Of a stretch of 39,331 bases of DNA, positions 20,560-31,269 are shown in pieces (positions within the stretch are counted from its first letter, which is position 1; each line of letters begins with the position of its first letter). The DNA comes from Macrostomum lignano (taxonomy: Eukaryota): assembly GCA_002269645.1 (NCBI GenBank), contig NIVC01003627.1:36091-75421 (forward strand), given 5' to 3'. Made by a program: the position numbers and the translations under genes. The notes under the pieces are model-generated. The model did not search any database. It was not told the DNA's origin and worked only from the letters and a program-made list of their open reading frames with translations.

Positions 20560-23500
20560 TTAAGGTGCTAAATATTTCGCGTAGCGCCTTCGGGGCACAA
20601 ATCCTGTCGCGCCTTCTCTTTCTCTCCTTCGCTGAGTCATCCTAAAGTTATACCTATTCTCTGGCTGAACTCGTTCCTCCTCTAACTCTAATGCTCCTTC
20701 TTCTTCTTCTGATGGCTCATCTGAGTCAGTCGCTCTCTCTGTATTTTCACTGTTTACTTCTTCATTTCCTTCGTTTTCACTCTGCGAATTCGGATCTGCG
20801 AATACTCTCCATTGAATTCTGTTTTCTTCGTCTGAGCTTTCCTCCTCTAAAATTTGAACTTCTGGAATTCTAACTTCTTTTTGTCTATGGCAAATTCTTT
20901 TCTTCGGCTTCGGCTGTTCTTTCTTCTTAGTTGGCACTGGTGCTGGTTTTAAATTATTATTAATTTCCTCTGGTAAATCAATTTCGGATTTCGGCACTGG
21001 AGTCAGATTATTTCTATGTACTAATAGTTTTTCTCCGCTCCTTTCGCCATTGATTTCTCTTTGCACACGGAAAACTGTATCAGATATCTTCGCAAGAACT
21101 CGATAGGCTGCTCTTTTCTTTCGATGAAATTTGTGGCTCTCCTCTTGGTGAAGTTGAGGATTGTTGATGAGAGCGAGACAGCCAACTGGCACATTTTTAG
21201 GCTGACGATTCTCAACTTCGTCCTCTTGCCTTTTCTCTCGCACCTTTTCGAGTTGTCTTCGCACAATTGCTTTTGTCTCCTCGATTCTCTTCGCATGATC
21301 CAGCACATAGCTAGGATAGTCTCGGTATAGTCTTGGCCTTTTCACAATGCTATCTATTGGCAAATCTGCTTCTCTCCCGAATAGTAAGTAGTGTGGTGTG
21401 AACCCAGTAGTTTGATTAACACTGGTTCGCACAGCTACCAGAGCGGCGGGTATGAGCAGATCCCAATCTGAATGATCCTTTTCAATCAAACAGGTTACAA
21501 TCGATTTAATTTGCTTGTTAAATCTTTCGACAAGCCCGTTACTCTGAGCATGGTAAGGCGTAGTGCAAGTATGCTTAATGCCGTATAGGGTACAGAATGC
21601 CTGAAATTGGTGACTTACAAAAGTCTTGCCATTATCAGTGTGTATCCATTGACACTGGCCATACTCGCTGAAAATTCTCTCTTGTATCGTTTTGATAACA
21701 GTCGCGGATTTCTGATTCCGAACCGGAAAAGCGAATGGGAACTTTGTTGTACTATCTACGACAGTAAGTACATATCGGTGTCCTCTTCTGCTTTCCTTTG
21801 ATATTGGACCGATCAAATCTATGTGCAGCCGATGAAATGGCTCGCATATCGGAAAGGTCTGCACCGGTGCTCGTACTTTATTTCCGCTTTTACTTTCCAG
21901 ACACGGGATGCATTCTGCGATGTACTTTTCAACTGCAGTCACTAACCCCGGCCTCCAGAATCGGTCTCGGACTCGCTGTAGCGTCTTGTCCCGACCTAGG
22001 TGGCCTGCTAGCGGACTGTCATGCAGCTCTTTGAATACATCTTTCTCAATCCTTTCTGGCAATACTACTTTCCGTTTACCGTCTTCACTGACTGTCAGCA
22101 TTTCATCTTCGATTTTCATCTGCTCGTAGAACTTAACCATCTTCTTCAACTCTCCGGATGCATTTTCTGGCAACTTCGGCTCACGCACTTTCTTCTGCTT
22201 CCAGTCCATCAAGGTTCTTATAGAAGGATCAGCATGCTGCGCTGAAGTCAGCTGCTCTTTCTTCAATGGAACCGAGAGGTAATCTGTCAGAAGCTTTCTG
22301 CACACTGTCTCTTCCTCTTCGAAATAGTCTCTTGCATCTTCATAGATGTCATCATTATCTTCGAACTGATCACTGGCATCTTCGTATTCATCATCTGCGA
22401 ATTCGTCTTCGGAATCTGATTCATACTCTTCTGTGAAGTCGGTCTGGCAACTCTGATCTTTCACGCTGTTAGTCACGACTTGTTTCACAGCGCTGGTTTC
22501 TATTGTCATCTTAGGAATTTCGGCCTCATTCTCTTTGATCTTAGCATCTTTCTGTTCAACTGGTGGTTCCGAGGGTCGCCGTGACAATCCATCTGCGTTG
22601 GAATGTTTGGCTCCACTGCGGTGCTCAATATCGTATTGAAACTCACTCAGTCTTTCAATCCATCTTCCGAGAATTCCTTGGGCTTCGGTCTGGCGCAGTA
22701 ACCATAGAATTGCCTTGTGGTCTGTGCGGGCCAGAAACCTTTTGCCAATTAGGTAAAATCGGAAGTGTTTCATGCCATCTACTAGCGCTAATAGCTCTTT
22801 TCTGGTAATCGGATATCTTTTCTCAGACTCTTTCATTGCTCTGCTGAAGTAAGCAATGGGTCTTTCAACCCCGTCCGATTGTATTTGACCCAGGCAAGCA
22901 CCAATTCGGTCTTCGCTTGCGTCGGTGTCTAATACCATTCGAACATTCTCGTTCTCTGAGAATTCTGGGTACGCGAGTACTTCGGTCGATGTCATTCTCT
23001 GCTTCAACTGCTGGAAAGCCTCGTCATGTTTCTTGGTCCACTTTTCCCTAAAGTTTTGAATACCTTTCTTAGTTAATTGAAATAGCGGATGCGCTGCCTC
23101 TGCGTAATTCTTTACAAATCTGCAGTAGTAGTTACACAACCCCAAGAAGCTTCGCAGTTCTTTGACCTCTTTCGGCGTAGGCCATGACTGTATCGCTTCG
23201 ATCTTAGCTGGGTCTGTTCTAATCCCTTCTCTTCCTACGATATGCCCTAAGTACTTTAGCTCTTTCTGAAACAAGTTGCACTTTTTTGGTCTTAATTTTA
23301 GTCCTGCTGAGATTAGTCTTTGAAATACTTCTTGCAGATGACCGAGATGATCTTCGAATTTCTCTGAGTATGTCACAATATCATCTATGTACGACATTGC
23401 GAATTTGTGCTGTATTCCCATCAGCACCAAATTCATGAGTCTCTGGAATGTACCAGGAGCGTTAGACAAGCCCTGTGCCATGACCTGATATTCGAACTGG

Positions 23501-23901
23501 CCTCTGGTAAGGGTGGAAAAGGCTGTCATAAATTTGTGCTCCTCTTTGATAGGTACCTGCCAGTATCCAGAGTTTAAATCTAGACTACTGAAGTACTTGC
23601 TTCCAGATAACTGAGCGAAAGTCTCTTGTATGTTCGGTAATGGATATGGGTAATAGTTCACTCTCGAATTCAGGACCCTGAAGTCACTGACGATTCTTAT
23701 GGATCCATCCTTCTTAGGAACTATCACTAGCGGCGTCGAATAAGTACTATAGCACGGTCGGATCAGGTTCTTAGCAAGCATGTCGTCAAGTTGCTCATCT
23801 ACTTGCTTTTGCAGATGTGGTGGAATTCTGCGTGTTGGAATCCTGACCGGTGTGGTATCTTTTAGAGATATTTCATGAGTCACAAGATGGGTGAGACCCA
23901 T
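20560..23901 (-). CDS. pol: Gypsy pol: reverse transcriptase, RNase H, integrase
   Basis: RT motifs LDLNSGYWQ and YIDDI; RNase H LDTDAS, ELLAL, TDHKA; integrase HHCC (H..PLAGHLG...CIPC) and DDE (HIDLIG, TDNG, VERFN). Confidence 0.97.
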   Translation of the reverse strand: MGLTHLVTHEISLKDTTPVRIPTRRIPPHLQKQVDEQLDDMLAKNLIRPCYSTYSTPLVIVPKKDGSIRIVSDFRVLNSRVNYYPYPLPNIQETFAQLSGSKYFSSLDLNSGYWQVPIKEEHKFMTAFSTLTRGQFEYQVMAQGLSNAPGTFQRLMNLVLMGIQHKFAMSYIDDIVTYSEKFEDHLGHLQEVFQRLISAGLKLRPKKCNLFQKELKYLGHIVGREGIRTDPAKIEAIQSWPTPKEVKELRSFLGLCNYYCRFVKNYAEAAHPLFQLTKKGIQNFREKWTKKHDEAFQQLKQRMTSTEVLAYPEFSENENVRMVLDTDASEDRIGACLGQIQSDGVERPIAYFSRAMKESEKRYPITRKELLALVDGMKHFRFYLIGKRFLARTDHKAILWLLRQTEAQGILGRWIERLSEFQYDIEHRSGAKHSNADGLSRRPSEPPVEQKDAKIKENEAEIPKMTIETSAVKQVVTNSVKDQSCQTDFTEEYESDSEDEFADDEYEDASDQFEDNDDIYEDARDYFEEEETVCRKLLTDYLSVPLKKEQLTSAQHADPSIRTLMDWKQKKVREPKLPENASGELKKMVKFYEQMKIEDEMLTVSEDGKRKVVLPERIEKDVFKELHDSPLAGHLGRDKTLQRVRDRFWRPGLVTAVEKYIAECIPCLESKSGNKVRAPVQTFPICEPFHRLHIDLIGPISKESRRGHRYVLTVVDSTTKFPFAFPVRNQKSATVIKTIQERIFSEYGQCQWIHTDNGKTFVSHQFQAFCTLYGIKHTCTTPYHAQSNGLVERFNKQIKSIVTCLIEKDHSDWDLLIPAALVAVRTSVNQTTGFTPHYLLFGREADLPIDSIVKRPRLYRDYPSYVLDHAKRIEETKAIVRRQLEKVREKRQEDEVENRQPKNVPVGCLALINNPQLHQEESHKFHRKKRAAYRVLAKISDTVFRVQREINGERSGEKLLVHRNNLTPVPKSEIDLPEEINNNLKPAPVPTKKKEQPKPKKRICHRQKEVRIPEVQILEEESSDEENRIQWRVFADPNSQSENEGNEEVNSENTERATDSDEPSEEEEGALELEEERVQPENRYNFRMTQRRREREGATGFVPRRRYAKYLAP

Positions 23902-25070
23902 TCTTGGTTGGTCTGCGAAAATGCTTCCTTGTTCTTCTTTAGCAAATCGATCACTAGTCCTTTCTGTTCTGATGTTAGCTCTTCTCCTAAATCGATCTCG
24001 TTTATCCAGCTGTACTCACTCTCTTCACTCTTCACTGTCCTAATTGTATCATCTGAACTGGCTTGACCTTTGCTGTTAATAGAGTAGGCCAGGCCTCCTG
24101 GCTTCAAGGGTTTGGCCACTCCAATCAGCGTAGATCTTGTCAGTCTGATATCGTCATTCTGTCGATTGATTATTTCCACTACTCCTGTTCCATCGTTCAT
24201 GGTCACTAGAGTAGGAATCATCTCTAAGGAATTTCTCTTCGTAGTCACTTGGCCTCCAATGGTGTCAATGACCATTGGCGTTCCATAGTTGGCTTCTGAT
24301 CCTTTAGTCATTCTAATTGGAATTCGAAGAGCGCTATTCGCTGGTATAGTCACGCTGTTATGGCTGTAGATTCGGCAAACCCGTACGGGTAATTTTGTAA
24401 ACTGAATTGGGATGCAGGTTCCTTCTTTTAATACAAGCATTCCTCTGGAAAGGCTGATGCTGTCGCAGAAGTTCATGAAGAACTCCATCCCGAGTATGTC
24501 GTCACACTCGTGATTGCACAGCAGGAACTCTGTCTCAATCTCTATCTCTCCGAATCGTATTTTCGTTCTGACTTCTCCTTCAATTCGCACACTTGATCCG
24601 TCAAACGTAGTCACTCTTCGAGTAGTCAACTCAATTTCATCACTTCTGAACATCTTTTTCCAAGTACTCTTGCTTAGGAAATTATGTCCAGCTCCTGTGT
24701 CTAGCAAGAAGTAGACCTTTCGGTTTCTTAGCATTCCATTGACGACTGCTTCTCGTCCTTTTCTCTCCGTATCTTCTTCGAATTCTCTCTTCGAATGCTC
24801 ATTCGGAATTACTGTACTTTGTACTTTATTATTCGGCCTACTGTGGCTAGCAGACGCATGACTAGGTGCAAGCGGCATATGTACACGAGGTGCAAAATTT
24901 TTATTTGGTTTTCTGTGAAATTTATTGAATTCGGCATGCGTTCTGCTGTTACTATACTGTCTGGCATTACTTCGATACGCATTATTTACAAATTCAGAGG
25001 CCTGAAATTCGCGATAATTGTTGCTAGAGGGACGTGGCCTCGCAAAGCGGCCCTCGCTACTCAGTTTCCC
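23880..25070 (-). CDS. Gypsy aspartic protease region, open in the -1 frame from the gag slippery site
   Basis: LLDTGA catalytic motif and DILGMEF; the frame of the 23880-24878 ORF has no stop up to GGGAAAC at 25064-25070 (translated by hand). Confidence 0.9.
   Translation of the reverse strand, partial: GKLSSEGRFARPRPSSNNYREFQASEFVNNAYRSNARQYSNSRTHAEFNKFHRKPNKNFAPRVHMPLAPSHASASHSRPNNKVQSTVIPNEHSKREFEEDTERKGREAVVNGMLRNRKVYFLLDTGAGHNFLSKSTWKKMFRSDEIELTTRRVTTFDGSSVRIEGEVRTKIRFGEIEIETEFLLCNHECDDILGMEFFMNFCDSISLSRGMLVLKEGTCIPIQFTKLPVRVCRIYSHNSVTIPANSALRIPIRMTKGSEANYGTPMVIDTIGGQVTTKRNSLEMIPTLVTMNDGTGVVEIINRQNDDIRLTRSTLIGVAKPLKPGGLAYSINSKGQASSDDTIRTVKSEESEYSWINEIDLGEELTSEQKGLVIDLLKKNKEAFSQTNQEWVSPIL
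25025..25070 (-). promoter_or_regulatory. Programmed -1 ribosomal frameshift signal (gag to pro-pol)
   Basis: G GGA AAC directly before the gag TGA; 8-nt spacer, then a GAGGG...CCCTC stem with inner CCGC/GCGAGG pairing. Confidence 0.8.
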
Positions 25071-26065
25071 TGCTGCTTCTGGTAGTCCATCACTCGCTGA
25101 CCGTTTGGCCTAGCGCTCTGGCAATTCCTCGCCATGTGGCCAAGCTTCCCGCAATTGTAGCAGGCTCGAGGCTGCTGCTGTTGCTGTGGCTGCCTGTTGA
25201 ACTGAGGCTGACCGCGCCATACTGGCTGCTGCTGCTGCTGCTGCTGCGGCCGATATCTCGGCTGCTGCGGCGGTCCAGCGACCTGAGCGTACGTTTGATA
25301 TTGATTCTGCGGATGATACTGCTGACGGCTAGCTCTCTTCTCTTCCATCAGCTCCTCAATCGCCTTCTTCTGTTGCTCTAACTCTGCTCTCTGCTTCTTG
25401 ATGATGTCCTCAAGCTTTTCCTGATCTGCCTTCTGCTCACTCTCGCCTTCGCCTTTGGCCATTCTCATGTTGACATTCTTGTGAGACATGTTCCACGCAG
25501 CCTCCATCCTTCTTAGCATTCTTCTAGCCTCTTGTAAATTGCCTGGCTGCGCAAAGATTAGCTTCTCACGGGTCTCTGACGGAATTCTGATTACCTTGAT
25601 GAATTGCTCAACAATTTCTTCTTCCCTTTGCTCAACCGTCATATTCGGAAATGCACGCGATGCCAGCTCGATCAAACAGTCTGCGAAAGTCTCTACAGGC
25701 TCATTTCTGCCTTGCATTCTTCCACGAAACTCCTCTCTGAATTCTGCGGAACTACCGATTCTTCCAAATCGCTCAATCAGTCGCTCTTTGAACTCTTCGT
25801 ATTCAAGATCCTCGGGCAGATTTAGGCGCTGTACCGCTGCGAATGCAGTGGACAGGTCCAGATTAGCTAGCAATTCCTGCTTCCTATGTTCCTCATCTAT
25901 CCCTTCTACTTCACAGCGCTGATCGAAGGCTGTTAGCCAGATCCGAATGTCTTGCGTAGGTGTGAATTTCTGAATCTTAACGTGTCTCATCGGCCCTATC
26001 TCTAGTCGGTTTCGCAATTCTTCTGCCAGCATGGCGATGGCATCATTAGCCTGATTCTGATTCAT
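25061..26065 (-). CDS. gag: Gypsy Gag with CCHC zinc knuckle, 334 aa
   Basis: Retrotransposon-gag-like FRGRMQGRNEPVETFADCL; coiled coil; CYNCGKLGHMARNC knuckle. Confidence 0.95.
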   Translation of the reverse strand: MNQNQANDAIAMLAEELRNRLEIGPMRHVKIQKFTPTQDIRIWLTAFDQRCEVEGIDEEHRKQELLANLDLSTAFAAVQRLNLPEDLEYEEFKERLIERFGRIGSSAEFREEFRGRMQGRNEPVETFADCLIELASRAFPNMTVEQREEEIVEQFIKVIRIPSETREKLIFAQPGNLQEARRMLRRMEAAWNMSHKNVNMRMAKGEGESEQKADQEKLEDIIKKQRAELEQQKKAIEELMEEKRASRQQYHPQNQYQTYAQVAGPPQQPRYRPQQQQQQQPVWRGQPQFNRQPQQQQQPRACYNCGKLGHMARNCQSARPNGQRVMDYQKQQGN

Positions 26066-26145
26066 CTTCTCTCTATGAAAAAACTTTTCAAATTATTCTT
26101 CGGAATTCTTCTGAATCTAGTTTTAAGAGTTCGCGCCGTTTCTCT

Positions 26146-26164
26146 AATCCCACCGCTGCCACCA
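26146..26164 (-). other. Primer binding site, tRNA-Leu type
   Basis: TGGTGGCAGCGGTGGGATT starting 2 nt after the 5' LTR; complementary to the 3' end (...AATCCCACCGCTGCCA-CCA) of eukaryotic tRNA-Leu(AAG/UAG). Confidence 0.9.
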
Positions 26165-26166
26165 GC

Positions 26167-26910
26167 TGTGACAGGCCTTTTGGCTCTGTCTTTCTAAACT
26201 TCTAACTATTAGTGTTTATTAAATATCCTACGAGCTGCCACCAAAGTTGTTACAGGCCTTTCACCTCTTACTTTATCAATTTTAATCCCACCGATTTGCC
26301 AACTACAGTTATCCTGATTATACTTGCTTTTACTCCCTAACTATTTCTTAGAATTTCATTTAAATATTTCTGGGTAGCGTTCTTAGTAGCGTTTCTGGTA
26401 GCTTATGGCTTGCTTTCTGGTAGCGTTCTAGTAGCTTATGGCCTGAGCGGTCTAGTACTGGTATATGTATTAGTGTATAGTCCTAATCGGGCGTTCACCA
26501 AGACTAGAGGGTCACGGCGCCTCTCTTGGTATATCTCCAAGAATTAGTCCCAATTCCCTTCTCTTAGCAAATTTCTTAGAATCGTTTCACAGGTTTTGCA
26601 AATAAATAAGTCGCTATTTAGCTCAAAGACTTTGAAATGGTTTAGATTGAACTGCTTATTCTGTTCGCAATTATTTGCTCACGAGTAAAAGACAGTTGGA
26701 GTATATTTGTCGCGAAACCGCTCCTATATATAGTGATTTCCCCCACATACGATTAAAACAAAAAAATAATTCTCCAATTTATTTCGCGCATTAAAACAAA
26801 CTATTATTTGGCGTTCGCGTAGATTCAGTTTCTAAGAAAGATTCGAATATACAGTTATTACATTGAAAGAACATTCGAGTATACTATGATAAAGGCATAG
26901 CACTAGTACA
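26167..26910 (-). repeat. 5' LTR (744 bp)
   Basis: Near-identical to 18260-19002; TATA-like TATATATAG near 26726-26733 and AATAAA at 26216-26221 on the minus strand. Confidence 0.97.
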
Positions 26911-29842
26911 AAATTAACAATTTTATGTAAAATAAAGGAGATTTGTATAGTCTAGAAAGTCAGTGATAAACTTTTTGCTTCTTTGAAATTAATAGTAAAT
27001 AAAATTAGTGTAAATTATCTCAAAAAACATCAATTTTGCATTACTCTATTTGTAGGTATAATTCAAGTTTGTTTAAAATGAAAATATGCGTAACAATTTA
27101 AAAAGGCTTTTGGTACGAAGGCCTTTCTTAGAAAACTCTACTCGTGAAGAGTGGCGCACAGACAGCACACAGACAGCACACAAATGGCGCATAGATGGCA
27201 CATAGACGGCGCACAAATCTTCCCAAAAAAATTATTCCAGTGCACACTGTGCCACCTTCCTGACTATGGAGTTGCCTAGGAAACAGGGTACACTAATTGG
27301 GAATTTCAATAACTATAAAGGAATGCTGACATGGAGGGCAATGCACAATAGGGAATTGGATGAGGGCAGGGTGCCTAATAGTTAGAAGGGAGTTAAGTAG
27401 GCAAGGAAAGCCTAATGGGATAGGGAGGCAGAGTACCTAATATTAAGGGAAGGGTTTATAGATGGGCAAAGGCGTGGGTAGACAGTGTGTCTGGATAAGG
27501 AGTTGGCAAATTGCCAGGTTAGACTAAATATCTGGGAAAAGGGGGGAAAGCAATTACATGGGAAGGGACTGTGCATTCTTTTGAGGAGAAAAGGGGGGTG
27601 AATGGGACACGGTTCTCCTGGCAGAGTGCTTGTGGGGAAGGGAAAAGCAGCTGGGCACTCCTATTGTACAGTGGGCTTTGGGAAAGGAAAAAAGGCTGAA
27701 AGCTGATTCAATTCTATTTTTAGAACAAACTGTTCATTAGGCAAAGCTAGGCTAACAGGAAAGAAGTTAGCTAGGAAGCACCAAGAGGTGAAACACAAGA
27801 GGAAGCGAGTGCAAATTGCTTTCTACTGTGTATTTTTACCTATATATATATAAATTCTAGCAAAAATGGCAGACTATTTTAAACAAAGTTTTATAATCAG
27901 AAAATTAGTGACAAACATATGGTACTACAATGGTTTACTTTGCAAAAACTGATTCATTTTTAAGGCGTATAAGAATATTAATAATAAAGATGGTAACTAT
28001 ACATTAAAAATGAGGATTTTAATAATGAAGCAACTAGGCAAATAAGGCTGTAAATATACATTTTAAGGCATACAAGAATTTAGTTACAAAATGAATGAAT
28101 GATTATGAATGAATGATGATAAAAATGAATGATTAATAGATAAGGCCTAGCTGGGTTATTAAAAATATAAACAGAATTATAGGAATTTTTTTTTAGATAC
28201 ACTGATATTTTGAATAACAATATATTAGTTGTCAGTTATCACTATGTGATAAATTTCAGACAGTTGATTATTGATTTTGAACAATGTCAATATGTAAAAG
28301 AATAATTTGTACGTTTTTGCAAACAAGAGTGGAAGACAAACTGGTAGCATAAAAAATGACTATCAACCAATAATATAGGTCTTGTAATATAAATTATAAA
28401 AGTTTTTTTTTGAAAATAAAAGTTCATCAATTATTTAAAAGCAGAATAGCCAAAAACTATAACAAGGCCTATAAAAGTTAGTTGTGGCCAAAATACATTA
28501 ATGGGCTATGGAAGATTTTTTTATTTTTAGCTATAGCTAATAGCATAATCTAATTTCTTTTTTATAGTATATATAATTCTGATTATTCAAAGTTGTTTTT
28601 TAACCAAGGCAACAAAGCAAACATATTGGAAAAGTAAAGAAAATTAGAATTTTTTTCAAAATTTTATACATTTATATATTACATAAGGCCTATGTAATAT
28701 GTAAGGTTGGTTTAAAGTAAAAAGGTCATATATAGTTTTAGTTCAGGTTGTATATATACAACTTATTATCCAATTATACTTTTAATATAATATTAGAAAC
28801 TATTGTAACTTTGATCTATATATTTAGAATATGAGAAGTGTTTTTGTAATTTTTATGCATAAAGTATTAAGCAGTTTGATATTAAATTTTTAAATTTGAT
28901 TTTTTGCAAAGTCTTTATTTATAAGCTATCATACATGTGCAACAGTTGGCCAATCCAGCTGACCAATTTGGTAGCCAACCAAGGTAGGTTGCAAAAATGC
29001 CCACCTGAATAAATACCCAAGTAGCACTAAGTAGATAATGAGGCATTTTGCCTTAATAAGACAGTCAAAATTACTCTTACCATTTACCCAAAGTTGAATT
29101 AAGTTTGCTTTAGGGTTTCTTTTACATGTAAGTCACATTTTTGGCCAAAAAACTGTCACATTTTTTCTTAAAACTAAGTTGCATGGCCTTAGTTTACATG
29201 TGCATACATACATGCACAACCTCCAAATTTTGCTATGTATGTAAGCCATAGTTTTTTTTGTTAGACTAACACTAGAATTCTTTAGTATGCCTGGTCTTAA
29301 AAAAAAATAAAATCAATTGGCATAACAATGTATGATTTTGATATAATTGTATATCTTCTAGTTTTCCTTAATTTCATAAAGAGATATATGAATAACAACA
29401 TAGTAAAGATTTTAAATCTTGCCACAACTTTTACATAAAAAAACTAAGTTTTTTAGGTCACTTGTCCTCCAGGACAAGCCTAAGCATAAAATGAACTATA
29501 GTTTATAAGTGAAGCTAGGTTTCTTATTATTGCTATAGTAAAGCAGGTATACATAGACTAACTGATAGCCATATAGTCTAAGCATGTTGTCCATAATCCA
29601 TTGAAAACGATACCATGACAAGAGTCGCTAAAAAGTCGTTGCAAACAACTCTCTAGTGACTCTAGCGCGTCTGGGGCGACTTGTGACTTTTTAACGACTC
29701 AAACGCGTCAAATGTGATGGAGAGGTGACTGTTGCATCACAAGCGCGTCACCTGAGTTGTAGAAGCGTAAGAGTCGCAAATAAGTCGTCCAAGAATCGTT
29801 GTGCTGGCGCTTAACTTTCTACTAACTCAGTAGGATAGTGAA

Positions 29843-30030
29843 AGTGCAATCATGCTTGGGCGCAACCTAGGGATTCACCCGGCCGTTTCTATTGGCAACA
29901 CACACACACGTAAGTTGCTATTGGACAGAATAGTAGTCACGTGACTGCTCTCAGCCAATAGCGACTTACATGTGTGTGTTGCCAATAGAAACGGCCGAGT
30001 GATTCCCAAAGTTGCGCATGTATGAGTGCA
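29843..30030. repeat. ~190-bp imperfect palindrome (foldback), within a larger degenerate IR element (~29620-30450)
   Basis: Arms CGGCCGTTTCTATTGGCA(AC)n.GTAAG.(T/C)GCTATTGG mirror about the central AGTCACGTGACT; outer IR TCTGGGGCGAC (~29670) / GTCGCCCCAGA (~30100). Confidence 0.75.
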
Positions 30031-30838
30031 ATAAAAGCCCGATAAAGAGCCCGATAAAAACGGTACCCAGGCCAAGTAACGTCCTGGAGTCACTTGTGTC
30101 GCCCCAGAGTCGTTTCAGATGCGTTGCAGATGCCATAAGTCAAATAGGAAAGAAGAGATTCTAAAAGCCTCTAAAACAACAAGATGTCGCGGTTAAGCCA
30201 TGAGGCTGGACAGGCAAACAAAGCGGCGTTTGGCGAGCAAGAGGCTGCAACAGCCTGCCTATTTTTGCCGCCACGCGGCAAAAAGCGCTCTCGCCACTCT
30301 TTGCACTTATTTTTTGAACGAAATAAAAAAATAAAATTGCTCGTAATTGGCAAGCCATTGAACGCGACAGAGTAATGAACACATACAAGTCGCCCAAAAG
30401 TCGCAGAAGAAGCGCTTTAGCGTCACTGTAAAATCGTTAGTGCATCACTTCTCAGTCGATGAGCATGCATTTTCTATTCGCCCAGAAATTAAGATCCAAC
30501 AGTCTGTTTAAGGCCGGTAGTAACAACCCTGTAACGCGTCCAGAGCTAATGTTATTGCTAGTCCAAATTAATGCTTAAATATATAAATAATATTAGTATT
30601 TGACATTTGGAGTACAAATTCAGGATTCCAAAATTAAATTTGATGTATTTTGTAATGTACAATACGCCGCAAAGACCAAACAAACAAAAAAATGAATGCA
30701 TGACTTTATAAATTTCTGAACTTCTAAACTGCTTTCAGTGGATAGCACACACCCGTCAGTCCAAGTCGAGATTAGATTTTATTATTAATCAATTTTTTTC
30801 CAACAAAGCTGGTCAAAACGGGGCATCCGGAGGTCACA

Positions 30839-31222
30839 ATGGAGAACTGCTCGCCAAGCGTGATGAAACGCCTGAGCAAAGAGGTTCGCGATCTTGTCCA
30901 GCAGCCGCCTGAAGGTATCCGAGTGCACTTTGACGATGCCAAGCTCACTGACATTCACGCCGTTATCGATGGCCCGGTGGACACCCCTTACTGTGGCGGC
31001 AGGTTCCACATTCGCCTAGTGATGGGGCACAGCTTCCCGCAGGAACCGCCGAAGGGCTACTTTCTGACTAAAATCTTTCACCCGAACATAGCCACTCCGT
31101 CTGGCGAGATCTGTGTGAATACTATCAAACGGGATTGGACACCGGACACTGGTCTGCGACACCTGCTGCTGGTTATTAAGTGTCTGCTTATTGTGCCGAA
31201 TGCCGAGTCTGCACTCAATCAG
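30839..31222 (+). CDS. UBE2S: Ubiquitin-conjugating enzyme E2 S, exon 1 of 3 (~220 aa total)
   Basis: UBC fold PPKGYFLTKIFHPNI...GEICVN.IKRDW...GLRHLLLVIKCLLIVPNAESALN; donor CAG|GTGATC at 31222, phase 0. Confidence 0.92.
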
Positions 31223-31269
31223 GTGATCCATCCTTCACTGCGTTGTCTTAGATGGCTTTTTAAATATTT

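Larger units (their letters stand above)
18260..26910 (-). mobile_element. Full-length Ty3/Gypsy LTR retrotransposon with an extra 3' ORF
   Basis: Two TG...CA LTRs, 4-bp TSD AAAT (18256-18259 / 26911-26914), PBS, PPT, gag-pro-RT-RNaseH-IN order. Confidence 0.97.
18063..27269. mobile_element. MITE B (CCAT...ATGG termini, 8-bp TSD), split by the Gypsy insertion (arms 18063-18259 and 26915-27269)
   Basis: TIR CCATAGTCAG(A/G)AAGGTGGC 18/19 identical; perfect TSD AGTTGCCT (18055-18062 / 27270-27277); subterminal GGCGCACA arrays; rejoined core aligns to the core of MITE A. Confidence 0.85.

Noticed and set aside
19247-25922. Plus-strand and alternate-frame ORFs overlapping ORF3, pol and gag
   Set aside because: Shadow ORFs of GC-rich coding sequence with no independent motifs.
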